Assembly (NCBI GenBank): GCA_964016885.1
Contig: OZ024741.1
Span: forward strand, 97,774,001-97,838,000
Direction of reading: 5' to 3'
DNA: 64,000 nucleotides
From: Eledone cirrhosa
Taxonomy: Eukaryota
A program made the translations under genes and the position numbers. This document shows, piece by piece, positions 1 through 13,790 of this stretch (its first letter is position 1; every line of letters begins with the position of its first letter). The notes under the pieces are model-generated. The model ran no database searches and was not told the DNA's origin. It was given only the letters and a program-made list of their open reading frames with translations.

Positions 1-1624
1 GTGAAAGTATCTTTGGTACCAATAAATTTGGTCTGTTGGGGGTTGAAAATAGACTTGCTATTAATCATCAAAACTAGTTGTAGTATAATTAACGCGATAA
101 ACGTTGAACAAGGTGAAGGATTTCACCAGCATCAATATTCATCTCAAATGTTTTATTTACAAAATTCGTTAAGAAGATACTGACTTCTTTACACCAGTTA
201 AATACATCGTCTTCTCTAGCCCTAATGATGTGATAAATTTAATATGAATGCAGTTTAAATAGTCACAGCAACATTAAATATATATTTATGACTCTTAAAC
301 AATTCATATGGGTTCATAAACGTCTTTATTACCACATGTATTGTAAATTCTGAAAATACCTCTGTAGCAACTTGACACTATGGTATAATGTTCAGATTAA
401 ATTTAGATATTTAGCGGTTGATGAAGTATTTGAGTTTAATTTTGGTTTGAGCAATGAAGAAAAGTTATAAACGGAAGGAAATTAATGCGAAATGGTGTTA
501 ACAAACTTGAAATAAATAGGAACTGTCATCTTATGAAACAGGGATATTTGAGTGGAAGAACAAAAAGGTCTGCAATCAGAATTCAAAGAGCAATCCTGAA
601 AAAGGTAATCTAATCTTCGATTAAATAGAGTTTATTATGTTGCTTAATATAATTGGATGAAAACCAGGCTCATAAACCACTTGGTAATTAATGAGACAGA
701 CAGAGTATATATATAAACACGAACGAAAAGGTGAGGAAGGAATATTACAAACTCAATAGCTAATTACGTAAAAGAGAGCAAAATAAAAATTAATGGATAA
801 TAATCAACACTACTCTAACTATTCCAATAAGGAATTATAATTATAATCACACAGCTGTGATATAAAGATTGCTATTTGCCTATATGAATGTGTCAAATGT
901 ATCATGAGGAGAAGAACATTAATTAAAACTACGAATATTAAATTAGATGTGACACTAAATCAGAGAATACGAAAAAGCCCATGCATACGAATACTTATGA
1001 TTAGATGAACTGGTAGACTACTACTTTAAATAATGAAGGGGAAAACTGGAGAAAAATACTACAGAAGAGACAACCTAATATTTAATGTCAGATAAAAGTC
1101 AATATGCAACATTCACTTATGGACAACAGCTTCAATAAAATATGTTGCACGTTATCCAAATTATAGATCTTAGACTGGAAAATTAGAAGGCTATTAAAAC
1201 ATTCCGTGATCACAATCACAAATCGGATATAGATGAGGCAACAATCCTGCATACAGAAGTATTTGAAAGTAACAACAGCATTATAAAGGAAAATAATCAC
1301 AAGGAATTACACAATGAAAAATCTGAACACGTGGGACGAAATGGCCTAAGCATATATCCCCGGTGTCGGCCAACCCATACCGAAAGGAAATCTGTTCTCT
1401 TCTTGTCACCACATTATTATGTTTTCTCATATACATGGTTCCGACACGTGATTCAGGTCATCGGGTAAGCTGCGATCAATATGATGCAATACGAAAGAGG
1501 TATGCTGTTGTTCGTTCGACCCACGTGTTGCATATATCTTGTGTGCAATCGTGTTATAAACATGCACGCACAAACATATATACATACATATGCATGCCTG
1601 TATTCTTATATATATATATATATG

Positions 1625-1669
<45 letters not shown>

Positions 1670-1743
1670 GCTGTGATATATATTTCAATGACGGCACTGG
1701 CCGCACTGTTGTGTGTGCGAGTGTCTCAACATCGTCAGACAGC
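1670..1743 (-). ncRNA. Type I hammerhead ribozyme (family A)
   Basis: Minus strand reads GCTGT-CTGACGA-long stem II-GAAA-TATAT-ATC-ACAGC, with stem I GCTGT/ACAGC and an AUC cleavage triplet. Copies at 2693-2766 (-) and 3745-3818 (+) have mutated GAAA boxes. Confidence 0.8.
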
Positions 1744-3820
1744 TTGTTACATAATAAGGTTATGTTTCCGAGGCAATCCAAATTGAATCGACATGGGAAC
1801 GGACGAAGTGTGTGCTTTTGGGTTCTTCATCCGTTCCCATGTGAGTACCAATTCACCCCCACCGGTCTGCGCAGGCGCATGTCCGAAGGAAGTTGACCAT
1901 TAGCTACCGCAGATTTCAAAGATATTCGTTTAGTCAGTTCGCCCACTCAGTCAAACAATGATCCATTCAGGCCTGTACTGCTACCCATCCCGTCTGTGGG
2001 AGTCAGCCGAAAGCCAGAGGGGATGGGCGAGTGTTAGTTTTTACAGGTCACAATACTACCTCTCACCAAGCATGGACAGTACAACTGACCATGAACCCCT
2101 AAGAGAAAATATCCTTAATTCTAGGTATCATGGCTTTAGATTGGAAGTTATGAGGGAGAGTTGGAAATAAAAATAAAAATTTTAAATCGAAAATCCTAAA
2201 TCAAATATCAGAAATTATAAATTAAAAAATTAAAAAATTAACAATTAGAAATTAAAACATTTTTCAAGTGAGAATCCGGATTGAGGTGAGTAAAGAAACA
2301 TATAGATTGAAATGAGTAAATAATATACAGAGTGATGTTTAAGTAAGAAGTTCTGAAAGGGATCCTAATGTCACAGTTACACTATCCATATATTGAACGA
2401 TAGTGCCGTACATTAGAACGGAGTGTAAACTACAGTATTAAAGGCAGTAGTCAATCTGGGGTTTCCATCCCCATGGTAGAGGGAATTTCCAGATGTAGCT
2501 CGTGGTTGGTTCCGTCTTCTCCACCATATCGGTTACATCATAGAGCGCTCAACTAATTGGAGCTAAATTCTTAGGGTAAACATTGATGCAATTCAAATCA
2601 AGCACTCAACGTAATTTTTCCACATAGGAGTGACGGAGTAATATCCAATAAGGAAAAGCGAAGTAGTTTCAGATGTTCAAGTCTTTAATAATGCTGTGAT
2701 ATATATTTAAATGACGACACTGGCCACACTGTTCTGTGTGCGAGTATCGCGACATCGTCAGACAGCTTGTTACATAATAAGGTTATGTTTCCGAGGCAAA
2801 AACTAAGATAAACCCCTATTTTCCTGCACCATATCGCATTTGAACAGAAGCCCCCTCAATTCAATCTATACATGGACAAATTGACAATCATATGGATCAT
2901 TTTGCATATATGTACTCTGTGTTTTTGGATTTATTCATTATTGGTTCTTTTCTTTTGTGTACTTGATATCTGTTTTTTTTTGGTTTTGTTTCATGTGATG
3001 GAAATTATGGCTATGTACCAGATTGACTACTGCCTTGAATACTGTAGTTTACCCTCCGTTCTAATGTACGGCACTATCGTTCAATATGTGGATAGTGTAA
3101 CTGTGACATTAGGGCCCCTTTCAGAACTTCTTATTTAAACATCTCTCTGCATATTATTTACTCACTTCAATCTATGTTTTTTTACTCACCTCAATCCGGA
3201 TTCTCACTTGAAACATTTTTTAATTTCTAATTGTTAATTTTTTAATTTATAATTTCTGATATTTGATTTATGATTTTCGATTTTAAGTCTTAATTTTTAT
3301 TTTCAAGTCTCACTCGTAACTTCCAATGTAAAACCATGATACCTAGAATTAAGTATATTTTCTCTTAGGAGTTGATGGTCAGTTGTACTGTCCATGCTTG
3401 GTGAGAGGTAGTATTGTGACCTGTAAAAGCTAACACTCTCCCATCCCCTCTGGCTTTCGGCTGACTGTCACAGAGGGGATGGGTAGCAGTAAACTATGGT
3501 ACAGGCCTGAATGGGTCATTGTTTGGCTGAGAGGGGGAACTGACTACGCGAGTTTCGTTGAAATCTACGGTGGCTAATGGTCAACTTCCTTCGGACATGC
3601 GCCTGCGCAGACCGGTGGGGGTGAATTGGTATTCACAGGGGAACGGATGAAGAACCCAAAACCATACACTTCGTCGATTCAATTTGGATTGCCATGTCGA
3701 TTCAATTTGGATTGCCTCGGAAACATAACCTTATTATGTAACAAGCTGTCTGACGATGTCGCGATACTCGCACACAGAACAGTGTGGCCAGTGTCGTCAT
3801 TGAATAATATATCACAGCAT

Positions 3821-3872
3821 TCAGTAATGCACTGGGTAATTGCTGGCCTTGTGCCTAAAGTAGAAACAATTA
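3821..3872 (+). mobile_element. SINE 3' fragment
   Basis: Matches the 3' end of the SINE at 39725-39847 (aattgctggccttgtgcc..agtagaaacaattat). It is absent from the homologous position in the 2570-2798 copy. Confidence 0.7.
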
Positions 3873-4205
3873 TTATTAAAAGACTTGAATATCTGAAACT
3901 ACTTCGCTTTTCCTTATTCGATATTTACTCCGTCACTCCTATGTGGAAAAAGTACGTTGAGTGCTTGAATTGAATTACATCAATATTTACCCTAAGTATA
4001 TATATATATATATATACATACACATATATATATATATATATATATATAGGGCGTTAGCACCGGTGTTTTTTTTATATAGAGGTGGCTTTCTAAATGTTTA
4101 TCTATAAACATACCCTGTTTCTTTAGAAATACGAAATGTCTATACATAACTGTATACAGCTATGCTTAAAGCTAAATCCTAATTATATATATATATATAT
4201 ATATA

Positions 4206-4770
4206 TGGACTGTACCCCTTGATAAGTTCAGCAGGATCCTTGCCGCCCTAATACTATTGTATTAGTTCGGATCTAGGAGTCAAAACGGCCGGAGCTCAGC
4301 CTTCGGTGACCTCACTCTTTTCCTATTATCCACTCTACTACCCTAGGTATCGAGTATTCTGGTGCATTATGGTCCACCTGGTTCCATACCACACTTTCTT
4401 TATAATGAAATGATACAGCCAAAAAAGAGCATGGATATGTGTTCGGCCAGTTCTATGTATTTTCCATGAGGGAAAATGTGCCTGGTTACCCTAAGGAAGA
4501 TAGCTACTGATTATAAGTGTAGATATGCAAAGATCCACCTAAGTGAAATTAGAGTGTGTAACTAATGAAGAAAAATGAAAAGATTATATTTCCACCTAAG
4601 TATCTTGGGGTTTCTTCTCAGTGTGTAAATAAGAAAGAGAAACAGCCGAGGTCTACCAACCTGGGTCGTGAGTTGGTTTGAACGTAAGATATGTCCTATA
4701 TATTGTGTGTTTACACGAGGTAACAAGTTCATCTTACTAATATAAACATGATAGATGTTTGGGCGTCACA
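4206..4770. mobile_element. Possible solo LTR
   Basis: A ~565 bp block, more GC-rich than its flanks, bounded by TG...TCACA with TATA on both sides. No internal coding sequence. Confidence 0.25.
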
Positions 4771-5139
4771 TATAATTTATGATTTCATCTGATATTTTGT
4801 ACGTCTTGTCTGCAATATTATTCATATATACATAATGAAAATATCTCCCACTAGACCTCGTTACTGAATATCCAATTGTTTCAGAAGTAAATTCTGTGAA
4901 AGATAATTAGCAAAACTGTCCAACTTATTTTTCAGAATCTTCTCATAATTAGCCTATACCATCCAAGTTATTCCCGAGTGTAGGACGCAAAAATTAATTA
5001 AGTGAATCTAATGGGCATAATTAATATTCTTTAATTAATATTCTCAAGAATTTAATTTCTTGAACAAATAGATATATGATTTTACGAACGTAATAAGTAA
5101 AGAAACATTTCATAAATCTCATGAACATATACATGCATT

Positions 5140-5280
5140 CTTCCATGCATACAGACAGACATTCATACACACATACGTAACTACATACATGCATACATAC
5201 ATAACTACATACATGCATATATACATAGATACATACATATATGCATACATACATACATACATACATACATACATTACACA
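5140..5280. repeat. (CATA)n microsatellite
   Basis: Read directly. A purer tract lies at about 13163-13227. Confidence 0.9.
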
Positions 5281-6751
5281 TGTGCGTGCATATATTAAAT
5301 GTCAACAAAAACAATTATACAGTTTTATTTTGAGATTTTGAAATGTTTGCTTGGAAATATAACACTTTACACATCAACGTTGAAATATTAAAATAATTTG
5401 CCAGCGAAGAACAATGTTAACAGAATTTATTGATGATCACATGGATTACATTTTCGAAAATAACTTCCATTTTATGACTAGAAAGATGTATCTCTGTGTA
5501 ACACCTTTCAAAAGCAATTAAAACCTACATTCCTATTCATTTGAGCCTTCTTAAGTAGACAAAATATTGTGTCTGGATGTAAACATTGCACGTTCATTTT
5601 TACATGAGAGTATGATTAAAATAAGAACAATTTCGTTCCTTTCATGCATTTCCTCATGTAATAACAATGTATGGAAATCTCAATTTAGGTAATACAATAT
5701 ATATTATTTTCGACCGTCTACGATTTAAAATAAAACTACGATTATCTATGTAAGAATGTTATTAATGTATGTCATGTATAAGGGTAATTTCTCTGAATCT
5801 GTCTGTGACGAATATAAGTATGGCCCATTGACGCAAAATTGAAATAATGCCCAAGCACAATCTTAAGCTGTAAAATTATCGAAATGTGAAAGAGATCGAG
5901 AGCAATTAGGGGAATGTTTATTTACTGGGACTAGGTAATATATAAATCTTCGAAATTGCTTAATGTAACAAGCTATACGAACAATGCTGAAAACAGTAAA
6001 AACTGTGACACAGTTGATTGTGTTCATATGTAGTGTGTTGTTAATTCTTTGCTTATTGGTGTATTACTTGTCAGATATTCAGAGTTTGTGTTGACATAAT
6101 TAAGATAATCACACATTTATATTTTTGAGAAACAGTTGATTTTTTTAATATGTTATGGTGTCCATTTAAGTTTACATTTTACATAAGATTTTATCAAAAT
6201 ATTTCTATTTCCTAAAACTATTTTGTATTAAACTAAACATTTTAATTTACCAAAAATTAAACGGACATCACCTAAAGCAGCAAACCGTAAGTGAACGTTT
6301 TAATAATGGATTTACAATTCCACGGTTGTCGTCTGACATATTCTGAAAAATATAATCAAGCACTGGAAGATAATTTTCAACAATTTGAAATTTCCAATAT
6401 TACAAGCAATTAATTCCTTAAAAACTGTATAACGTACTCATAGCTCTAAGAATATTTCGACATTTTCAATAAGTGCAACTTTATTAAATGAAGTGGATTT
6501 TTTCCACTCCCTCATAAGCTGAATGGAATATCCGACTCCTATTGGATATGGTGACAATTTCTTGTAAATTCTTCATAGAATGTATTTCTAGATAATCCTG
6601 GAGCTATGCAGTATCAAATTGATTCACCAGGCAACCTCTCCTTATTTGTCACTCTACCTATATATATATATTTATATATATACATATATACACACACGCA
6701 CACCCATACACACACACACATACATACACACACACACACACACACAAACAC

Positions 6752-6789
<38 letters not shown>

Positions 6790-6834
6790 AGGATGAATAT
6801 AAAATGAAAGTGCTTTTTTTAAAAAGGAATTTAT

Positions 6835-6955
6835 TAGGTATTGACATATGTTTCTGTAACAGACGGAATACCTATGTATCGCTGCTTGCGTAATCATATA
6901 ATGTTAGCAAGTATTCGATAGCAAATGTATAATCAGTTGTCACTTCTTCAGAGAT
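6835..6955 (-). ncRNA. Hammerhead ribozyme with long stem II insertion (family B)
   Basis: CTGAAGA-A-GTGACA...TGTTAC-A-GAAAC-ATAT-GTC, with palindromic ACATATGT stem III and a weak stem I. Second copy at 22515-22637 (+). Confidence 0.65.
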
Positions 6956-7543
6956 TTTGGATAAATTGGATAAAATCAGAAAAATTGAAGTATTTATATT
7001 AGTAATAGAGGAAGAAACAGAGGGGATAGTATATGACAGATGGTAAATTAATTTACTGCTAAACAAGTATATAATGGGTTTGTAATGAGAATACCATGAG
7101 TAAATCTAAATAAGAATTTTGGGAGTGCCAATTTTAATCTCTACTTGACCAACTGGACAGTGGACAGGGCTGGTCATTTGGTGCAGTAGTATTAATTATA
7201 AAGTGTCAATTGGGGAAGGGGGAGATTTCGATTGCTACTAAATAACATCAATGCTAGTAGCCAGCTGGTATATGCATTAGGGAATTGAATCAAGAAATCA
7301 GAAATCTCATTTTATCTATAGCAGTTTGTATTAAAAGGTAAATAATAGAAGAGTTGATAGAATTAAGACTAATAAAGAATGTTAATATCTATTTTGACAA
7401 TCAAACGGGGATAGAGACAGGCGTTCAATCCTGGTAGTATTTATAATATGAAAATGTAGATTTTAAGCGATGGTTACAGTATAACGATCGCTCTATTCTG
7501 TTATTTAATAAAATGTTTTTGGATTTCATAATACAAAATCATT

Positions 7544-8791
7544 CTACATTACATAATTTACGAAATTCCTGTCCATGGGATTATGGGGGGCAGCCGCTAT
7601 TATATCCCATTTTAGGTGAAATTGTTGGTTATTTTCACGCAGCTGCCAAGCCTTGTCTGCGAGTGTTGTTACATAACGCTGGTTTTCATGTTTTATCGAG
7701 TAACGATGTCTATAAAGGCGTGATTTGAAGGAGGTGGCTGTAGATCCCACATAGTACCACTTCTGTCTATCCGATTCGATAGTACATTTGTATACGATGT
7801 TGCGTTCAAGACACTGATTGTTCAACGGACACATTCCTGGTTGGACACAGTTGCAATTATAATTTTGCGTTGTTGTATTGCCATGGATGGGTTGATGAGG
7901 TTGCTTATGTAGGACAGGATGTTGTTTGTTGTTTTGTGATGTTATAGCTAATGTTTTACGTGTATTGTTATGTGTTGGAAGGCGTTTATACAACCGTTTT
8001 GCGTTAAGCTTTTTTATATGTTGTTCAATATTAGGGGCGGTTGAATATGAAAGTCGAATAGTGTTAGGGTTTAAGATTTTATTATATTTATGTGATGTTG
8101 GAAAGTGTTTTTTAACTAATTGAAAGAATTTTGAGGGTAGATTGGTTTTAATAGAGTTGTTATAGACCGGGTTGTACCAAATATACTCCTTACATCGCCT
8201 TCTGTTTGGTGGTGTGCGACTATTATTGTGTCTATTGCGGTAGTGTATGTATGGTGATGATTCTGTGCTATTTCTACTCCTATGGGATTTATTTTGGGTG
8301 TTTTGGTGATCTTTGACTATATACTCTATATTATCTAGGTGACCGGCTTTCCTAAGTGCATCATCATAATATTCGGCATGTTCTTTGAAGGTTTGTTGGT
8401 TGGACGACAGGCGGGAGATTCTAAGAGAAACATTTCTAGGGATGGATTTAATTATAGAGAGTGGATGGTTAGAACTCGTATTTACATATTTAAGGTTCTC
8501 ATTTAGTTTATGGAACGGTTTAATCGTATCTGTATTGAGATTGAAAGTAACATCAAGGAAATTGACCTCTTTGAGGTTATATTCAAATGTAATATTTAAT
8601 CCTAGTTCCTTAAAAAGCTTTCTGATATTTTTACGCATCCTTTCTAAATTCTGGTTATTCATATGCTTAACTAATAGGAGCGCATCGTCACGGTAGATTC
8701 CACCGTGGAGATCCTTGAATTTTCCTTGTAATCTCTGGGTGATATAAATTCCCACAAGATCTGTTACTTCCGCCGAATCATTAGAACCCAT
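7544..8791 (-). pseudogene. PLE reverse transcriptase (C-terminal half) plus GIY-YIG endonuclease, frameshifted at both ends
   Basis: 415 aa ORF with the motifs above. Homology continues in other frames to about 9110 and about 7425. Confidence 0.9.
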
Positions 8792-9106
8792 AGTGATATC
8801 AAAATTAGAAGGTCTATCTTTGCGAACCCAGTAGCTATCATCGAATTTAACTATAGTTTTCTCGCTTCCATAATAATTTTAATTTCAGCATCCGTAAGGT
8901 CGGAATTAACCTTAGCGAACGAAAGAGCTTCATGTATCAGGTGAAATTGAGGAATAATATTCATCAATATCGAACTGAATAAATTTTGATTTTATCTTAT
9001 CAGTAATGCTATTAAACCATCTTATTGCCTCATGGGTGTTACCCCATAGTTTAATATCTACTTTAGCCTTAACTTGTGGGATAATTCTGTCTTGTATATA
9101 TTTGCT

Positions 9107-9142
9107 AATTGCTGGCCTTGTGCATGAAGTAGAAACAATTAT
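9107..9142 (+). mobile_element. SINE 3' fragment at the junction of two PLEs
   Basis: taattgctggccttgtgcatgaagtagaaacaattat matches the SINE tail. Confidence 0.6.
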
Positions 9143-10857
9143 TATCTTTGAGGTTCCAGATGTGACCCCAAAGTGTAGTGGTATGTCGCCGGGCCGGGTT
9201 TCGGAAAGTATGTCGGTGTTGGTAGAGCCGCGTCTTGAAGTCACAAGCGGTTAATCCTATATAAGTTTGTCGGAGGTGTCCGTCCTCGCGTTGCACTGGT
9301 AGATCACATTACGATCTCGGCATCTGTTGTTGAGGGGGAACATGGATCTATCAGGACAATTACACATCCTGGTTGGATCTCCACTGGTGTCTAGGTTATT
9401 TCTTCCATAGGGGTGGAGTTTTTTGTTGTTAGAGGAGACGATATTTTGTGCGAAGTTGGATGTGGTGCTGTAGGAGAGATTGATGGTGTTTTTGTTGATT
9501 ATGTTGTGGTAGCGGTGTTGTAGTGGGAAGTGTTTTTCGAGGAGCCTAAAGAAGATTTTCCCGATAGGTGTTGTCACCTCTGCATTGTGGAGAGGATTGA
9601 ACCACGTTACGTTGCGTGAGCGGCAGAGTCCTCTGCTTGTTCCGCTAATGGAAGCTGGATAATAGGATATTTCCTCCTGGAAGCCATTCCGCATGAGGGC
9701 CTGGTTATAATAAGGCGTATGTTCGTCGAATATCTGCTCATTAGCGGAAAACGATATATGCGGCGGGATATGTTTTTAACCAGGTTATTGATGATGTTTC
9801 TAGGATGGTTCGAGCGGCGGTGGATGTAATACAGGTTGTCGTTTGGTTTTTTGTATGGGTAGTACAGATCATTATCGAGGTTAAGGATAACGTCCAGGAA
9901 ATTTACTCGGCTTAGGTACGTTTGTAGGGTTATTTTATATCCCAGTCCCGGAAGAAGCTGATTAGTTGTGTACAGACCTGGTCTGTACTACTGGGGTTGT
10001 ACCCTTTGAGGGTGAGGAGCCCATCATCGCGGTACAATCCACCACCAAATGCAGGAAACATTTCGGTGAGTTTAAATAGTAGGAATAATCCTATAAGATG
10101 TGACCTCAGCCGAATCCGTCGCGCACATACTGACGTCGAAGGGGGAGTCAGGATCTCTCTTTATCCATTTGGAGTTGTCGAAAAGTAGGACTGTCTTCCT
10201 GGCGTAGAGGATGATATTTCTTTCCTAGTCGGTGATAGGCGTGAATGTTTCGGTAAGTCCAAGGCGGCCGTAAGGAACGGTAAGGTAATTGATGCATAGT
10301 AACTCTCAAAGATAATAATATAACTTACAATCTCACTGGGAGCTTACTGTCCAGAGCCAACTCTTACACGGGAGGACGCCGTCCGTGTAACTTATGCTTG
10401 GAGGAAACATTACAAATGCAGTTTTCGAAGGACCAACTCCTAAACAAGAAAGACGAACTGGTATGCGCATGCAAACTCAGATTGCGTAGGACTTACCTCG
10501 CCATCAAAACCCATAATGACCCTGGTAGACAAGGGCTGATACCCCCCACTTGCCGATTTTGTAAGGGGTAACCCTTGCTTACAAAGATAGACGTAACTTT
10601 TTTATCTTTTCCTCTATGTCTCCTTTTTCCCCCTATCTCTTCCTAGTCCTTCCAGCCCAGATCTCCTTCCTCGTCTTTTTTTCGCCTTTCCCCTACCCCG
10701 ATGCAACCCATCGGTCCTCTGTAGCCTCAGTACCACCTTCCCCCTAATTTTAAGATAGAATTGGCCGATTACGCTTTTTATAGCAGATGTGTTAGACCCC
10801 AGTAATTTTTTTTCTTTCTGGTTGCTGCTCCATTTCTGTGGTTTCTAAATTTTTTAG

Positions 10858-10950
10858 TGGTATTTTTGTATTAGTATTTTTGTATTAGAATTGTTGTATT
10901 AGTATTTTTGTATTAATATTTTGTATTAGTATTTTTGTAGTAGTATTTTA
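10858..10950 (+). repeat. ~14 bp tandem repeat (TATTAGTATTTTTG)n in PLE 3' UTR
   Basis: About 6 imperfect units read directly. Confidence 0.8.
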
Positions 10951-11480
10951 TTATTTTTGTTCTCAACTTATTAACCTGTCATTGTAAGATAGCATTGGCT
11001 GATTACTAAATATCTACAGCAGTGGTGTTAGACCCCCTGTAAAGCCGGCTTTATAAAATTCTTTCACTACTATCTCGTATTTAGTATTGTTCCCATTCTC
11101 CACCTATTACACTTTTCTATAGCTTAGCAATACCAATGAGAAGTTTGGTGATTGTGGAAATGGCTTAGTAACAAGAAATTGTTTTTTATATATTTATTTC
11201 CTTATTTTTATAATGTTTTTTGTACTCCCTTTCGATTACCTATTCTTTCAACCCCCTTCTCTTCTTCAGTAAACTTTTTTCGACCTTTTATACACTATCC
11301 TTAGAATCTGCTCTATAGATTTCACTTTCAACGCTTGACTGGGTTTCCCCCACTCCCTCTTTATTCTATGGCAAGTTCAGCCACCCCTACCTCCCACCAA
11401 ATGTTATGATACATTCATCTGTCTTTACAACAAACTTTGACCAATCCTCTCGAGAATTAGTATCTTCCAAATAAAGAAAT

Positions 11481-11576
11481 ACCCCCTGAGATGTTCGGCT
11501 ATTTATTTACCAGGCTAAAAATTCTTACTTAGTCCAGAAATAGCCGTCGAAACGGCTTGAGCTCTGCCGTCGGGGT
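11481..11576 (+). ncRNA. Hammerhead ribozyme variant (family C)
   Basis: Stem I ACCCC/GGGGT, stem II CGGCTATTT/AAATAGCCG, GAAA, stem III CGGC/GCCG, GUC triplet. The core reads CTGAGA, with N7 missing. Confidence 0.65.
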
Positions 11577-11584
11577 CATACTTG

Positions 11585-11709
<125 letters not shown>

Positions 11710-13644
11710 AAAGTGTCATGTATTCTTTGTTAAACAATACAGGCTTTGTAGTCAGGGTCAAATAACTGACAAACGATTTGTGTTCGAGAGAGATCTCTAT
11801 GAACTCATAACACCTAAGTAACATAAGGACATACCAGAAATGTGTCCCCTTATGGGCTCGGAATCAAATGCATTAATGCTGGTGGTGTTGGGCAAAAAGG
11901 TCAAGTGTAACACTGACAACGCATAAATGACCTGTTAGTGTGATGCTCTGAGGAGATATGCAAGGCCATGTCCGATTACAGCGATTACCCATGAGATTCT
12001 CTGGCACTCCGCTTCTGTCTTCTGATTCATTAGCATTGCAGGCATTTCTTTCGTTGATGACCTTCTACCATCCACTTTCTTATTTCGCCACATAACATCG
12101 GATTATACTATTATCATGAAACTCGAAGCGGCATAAGGGCGGCCAATGTATCTTTGTCTCTGTGGAAACCCTCTCTCTCCCACGCGAATAGGATGCAATG
12201 CAGTGTGCCCAGGTTTCGGACAGATTTGTGCACCTGCTTGATTAGCAACATTGAAAAATTACCGTTACGCTCCATACTGACACCTGTCTAATCTCTGTTA
12301 TCTCACCAGAAACACGCGGATATTTTCTCTCTGTCCATCACCTGGGGCCCGATTTCCGTATCTGCGAGCAATAGAAATTCAACAGTAAATCCATGGTGGT
12401 ACATTTCAACCTTCATCAACTGTTAAGTAGTCACAGTGCCGATTATATCCAACGCAATGCCACTCTCTTCCAGATAATATCACGAAGATTTGTTTGGCCA
12501 CCGCTGTCTTCTTCCCGGGTGTATACGTTGCGGTTCGACCGAGGAAGCAGCAAAAGAGCAGATAGCAGCCAGAGCTTCCCGTTTCATTGTGTTAAGACCC
12601 CTCATCTAGGATGCAACAATAACAACACGTTTTCCATGGGTAATCTGGTGCATTTAGGAAGAGGTGTATGTTTGTTTGCTACAGAAGCGGAAGATAGCAT
12701 GCTGTTGAATATCCAGCTGTTTACCGATAGGCGTATCGTGGAACCTGTAGCGGTTGAATCGTCTGATGTTCTTGATTAACATAACATATCCCGACTCATA
12801 AATACTGGAGTGGAGTTGCCGCGTACATGATTGAATACCGTGTGATGAAATGGCTATTTCAATGCGTCGCTTTCGCTATTTGCCGGCGTATATCTCTCTC
12901 TATTCTTCCCATTGGGACCACGAGAGCGTTCAACCAAACTGTACTAGTTGAGATCATTGGCGTAGCAATGGTATCGGTCGATACTTGTAAATAAGTAGGT
13001 ACAAGTTTATCTTCTGCCCTTACCAAATATATGAGCGCCGGGTGAAAAATAGAGTTCTTAAATTTCCGATGAAAATGCTTATCTCAAAAACATTTCTTTA
13101 CAGATGGGTTATTTCAGAAACACATGCACACACGCACATATGCTGACACAGAGACACACTCATACATACATACATACATACATACATACATACATACATA
13201 CATACATACATACATACATACATACATGTAATCATACATACCTACAAATACGTATGGCTGCTCGCATAAAAATAGCATAAACATTTATTGGAACACGGCA
13301 TTATGACTCGGATATGATGTAGTCCGTAAAAGTGTATTTAATGCTCATAAAATGTTTATATATTTAAAGTGTTTCTGAAAAATATTATTAGGGTTATGGG
13401 CTAAATGGGATTCCGTTGCTTTGATATATAACTTGGCAAAGAGTTTCAAATTTGTTTGTTCCCTAAACGGGAAGAAGTGCCTAAACCTGTTTTTTTTTAT
13501 TGTGTATGATTCAATTGTTGATTTATGTATATCTGCGTAAATAAATGAGAACATGTGTGTATGTATAATTTGTAGATTTCCATTCAGAAACGTGTGGACC
13601 CAAAATAATGACAAGCATACATACACACTCACGCGCACAAACAC

Positions 13645-13700
<56 letters not shown>

Positions 13701-13704
<4 letters not shown>

Positions 13705-13790
13705 AATTAATATCTAGTAGCATATATATACATACAGATGATGTATGTATATATATATGTATATATATGTTACTAGATATTAATTCTTTA
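13701..13790. repeat. Mini fold-back (~28 bp arms) beside (TA)n
   Basis: aaagaattaatatctagtagcatatata pairs with tatatatgttactagatattaattcttt. Confidence 0.75.

Larger units (their letters stand above)
1668..3996. mobile_element. Non-coding PLE-derived fold-back element (family A) between (TA)n tracts
   Basis: 1668-2459 is the reverse complement of about 3019-3820, and 2570-2798 is the reverse complement of the right terminus. It holds three hammerhead copies, and both ends abut (TA)n. Confidence 0.75.
6787..9110 (-). mobile_element. Penelope-like element, Naiad-type, 5'-truncated
   Basis: RT motifs QFDIDEYYSSIS, MGSNDSAEVTDLVG, GIYRDD and FLDVTFNL; IWYNPVY; CNCx5CPLx3C linker; GIY-YIG (IVY...YVGST...FKSRLYRH). 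The 3' UTR carries a hammerhead and ends at (TA)n. Confidence 0.92.

Noticed and set aside
10858-10950. CRISPR-like array
   Set aside because: Simple tandem repeat without spacers, in eukaryotic DNA.
11900-12960. Decayed gag/ORF1-like region with a possible zinc knuckle on the minus strand
   Set aside because: Too degenerate to assign.
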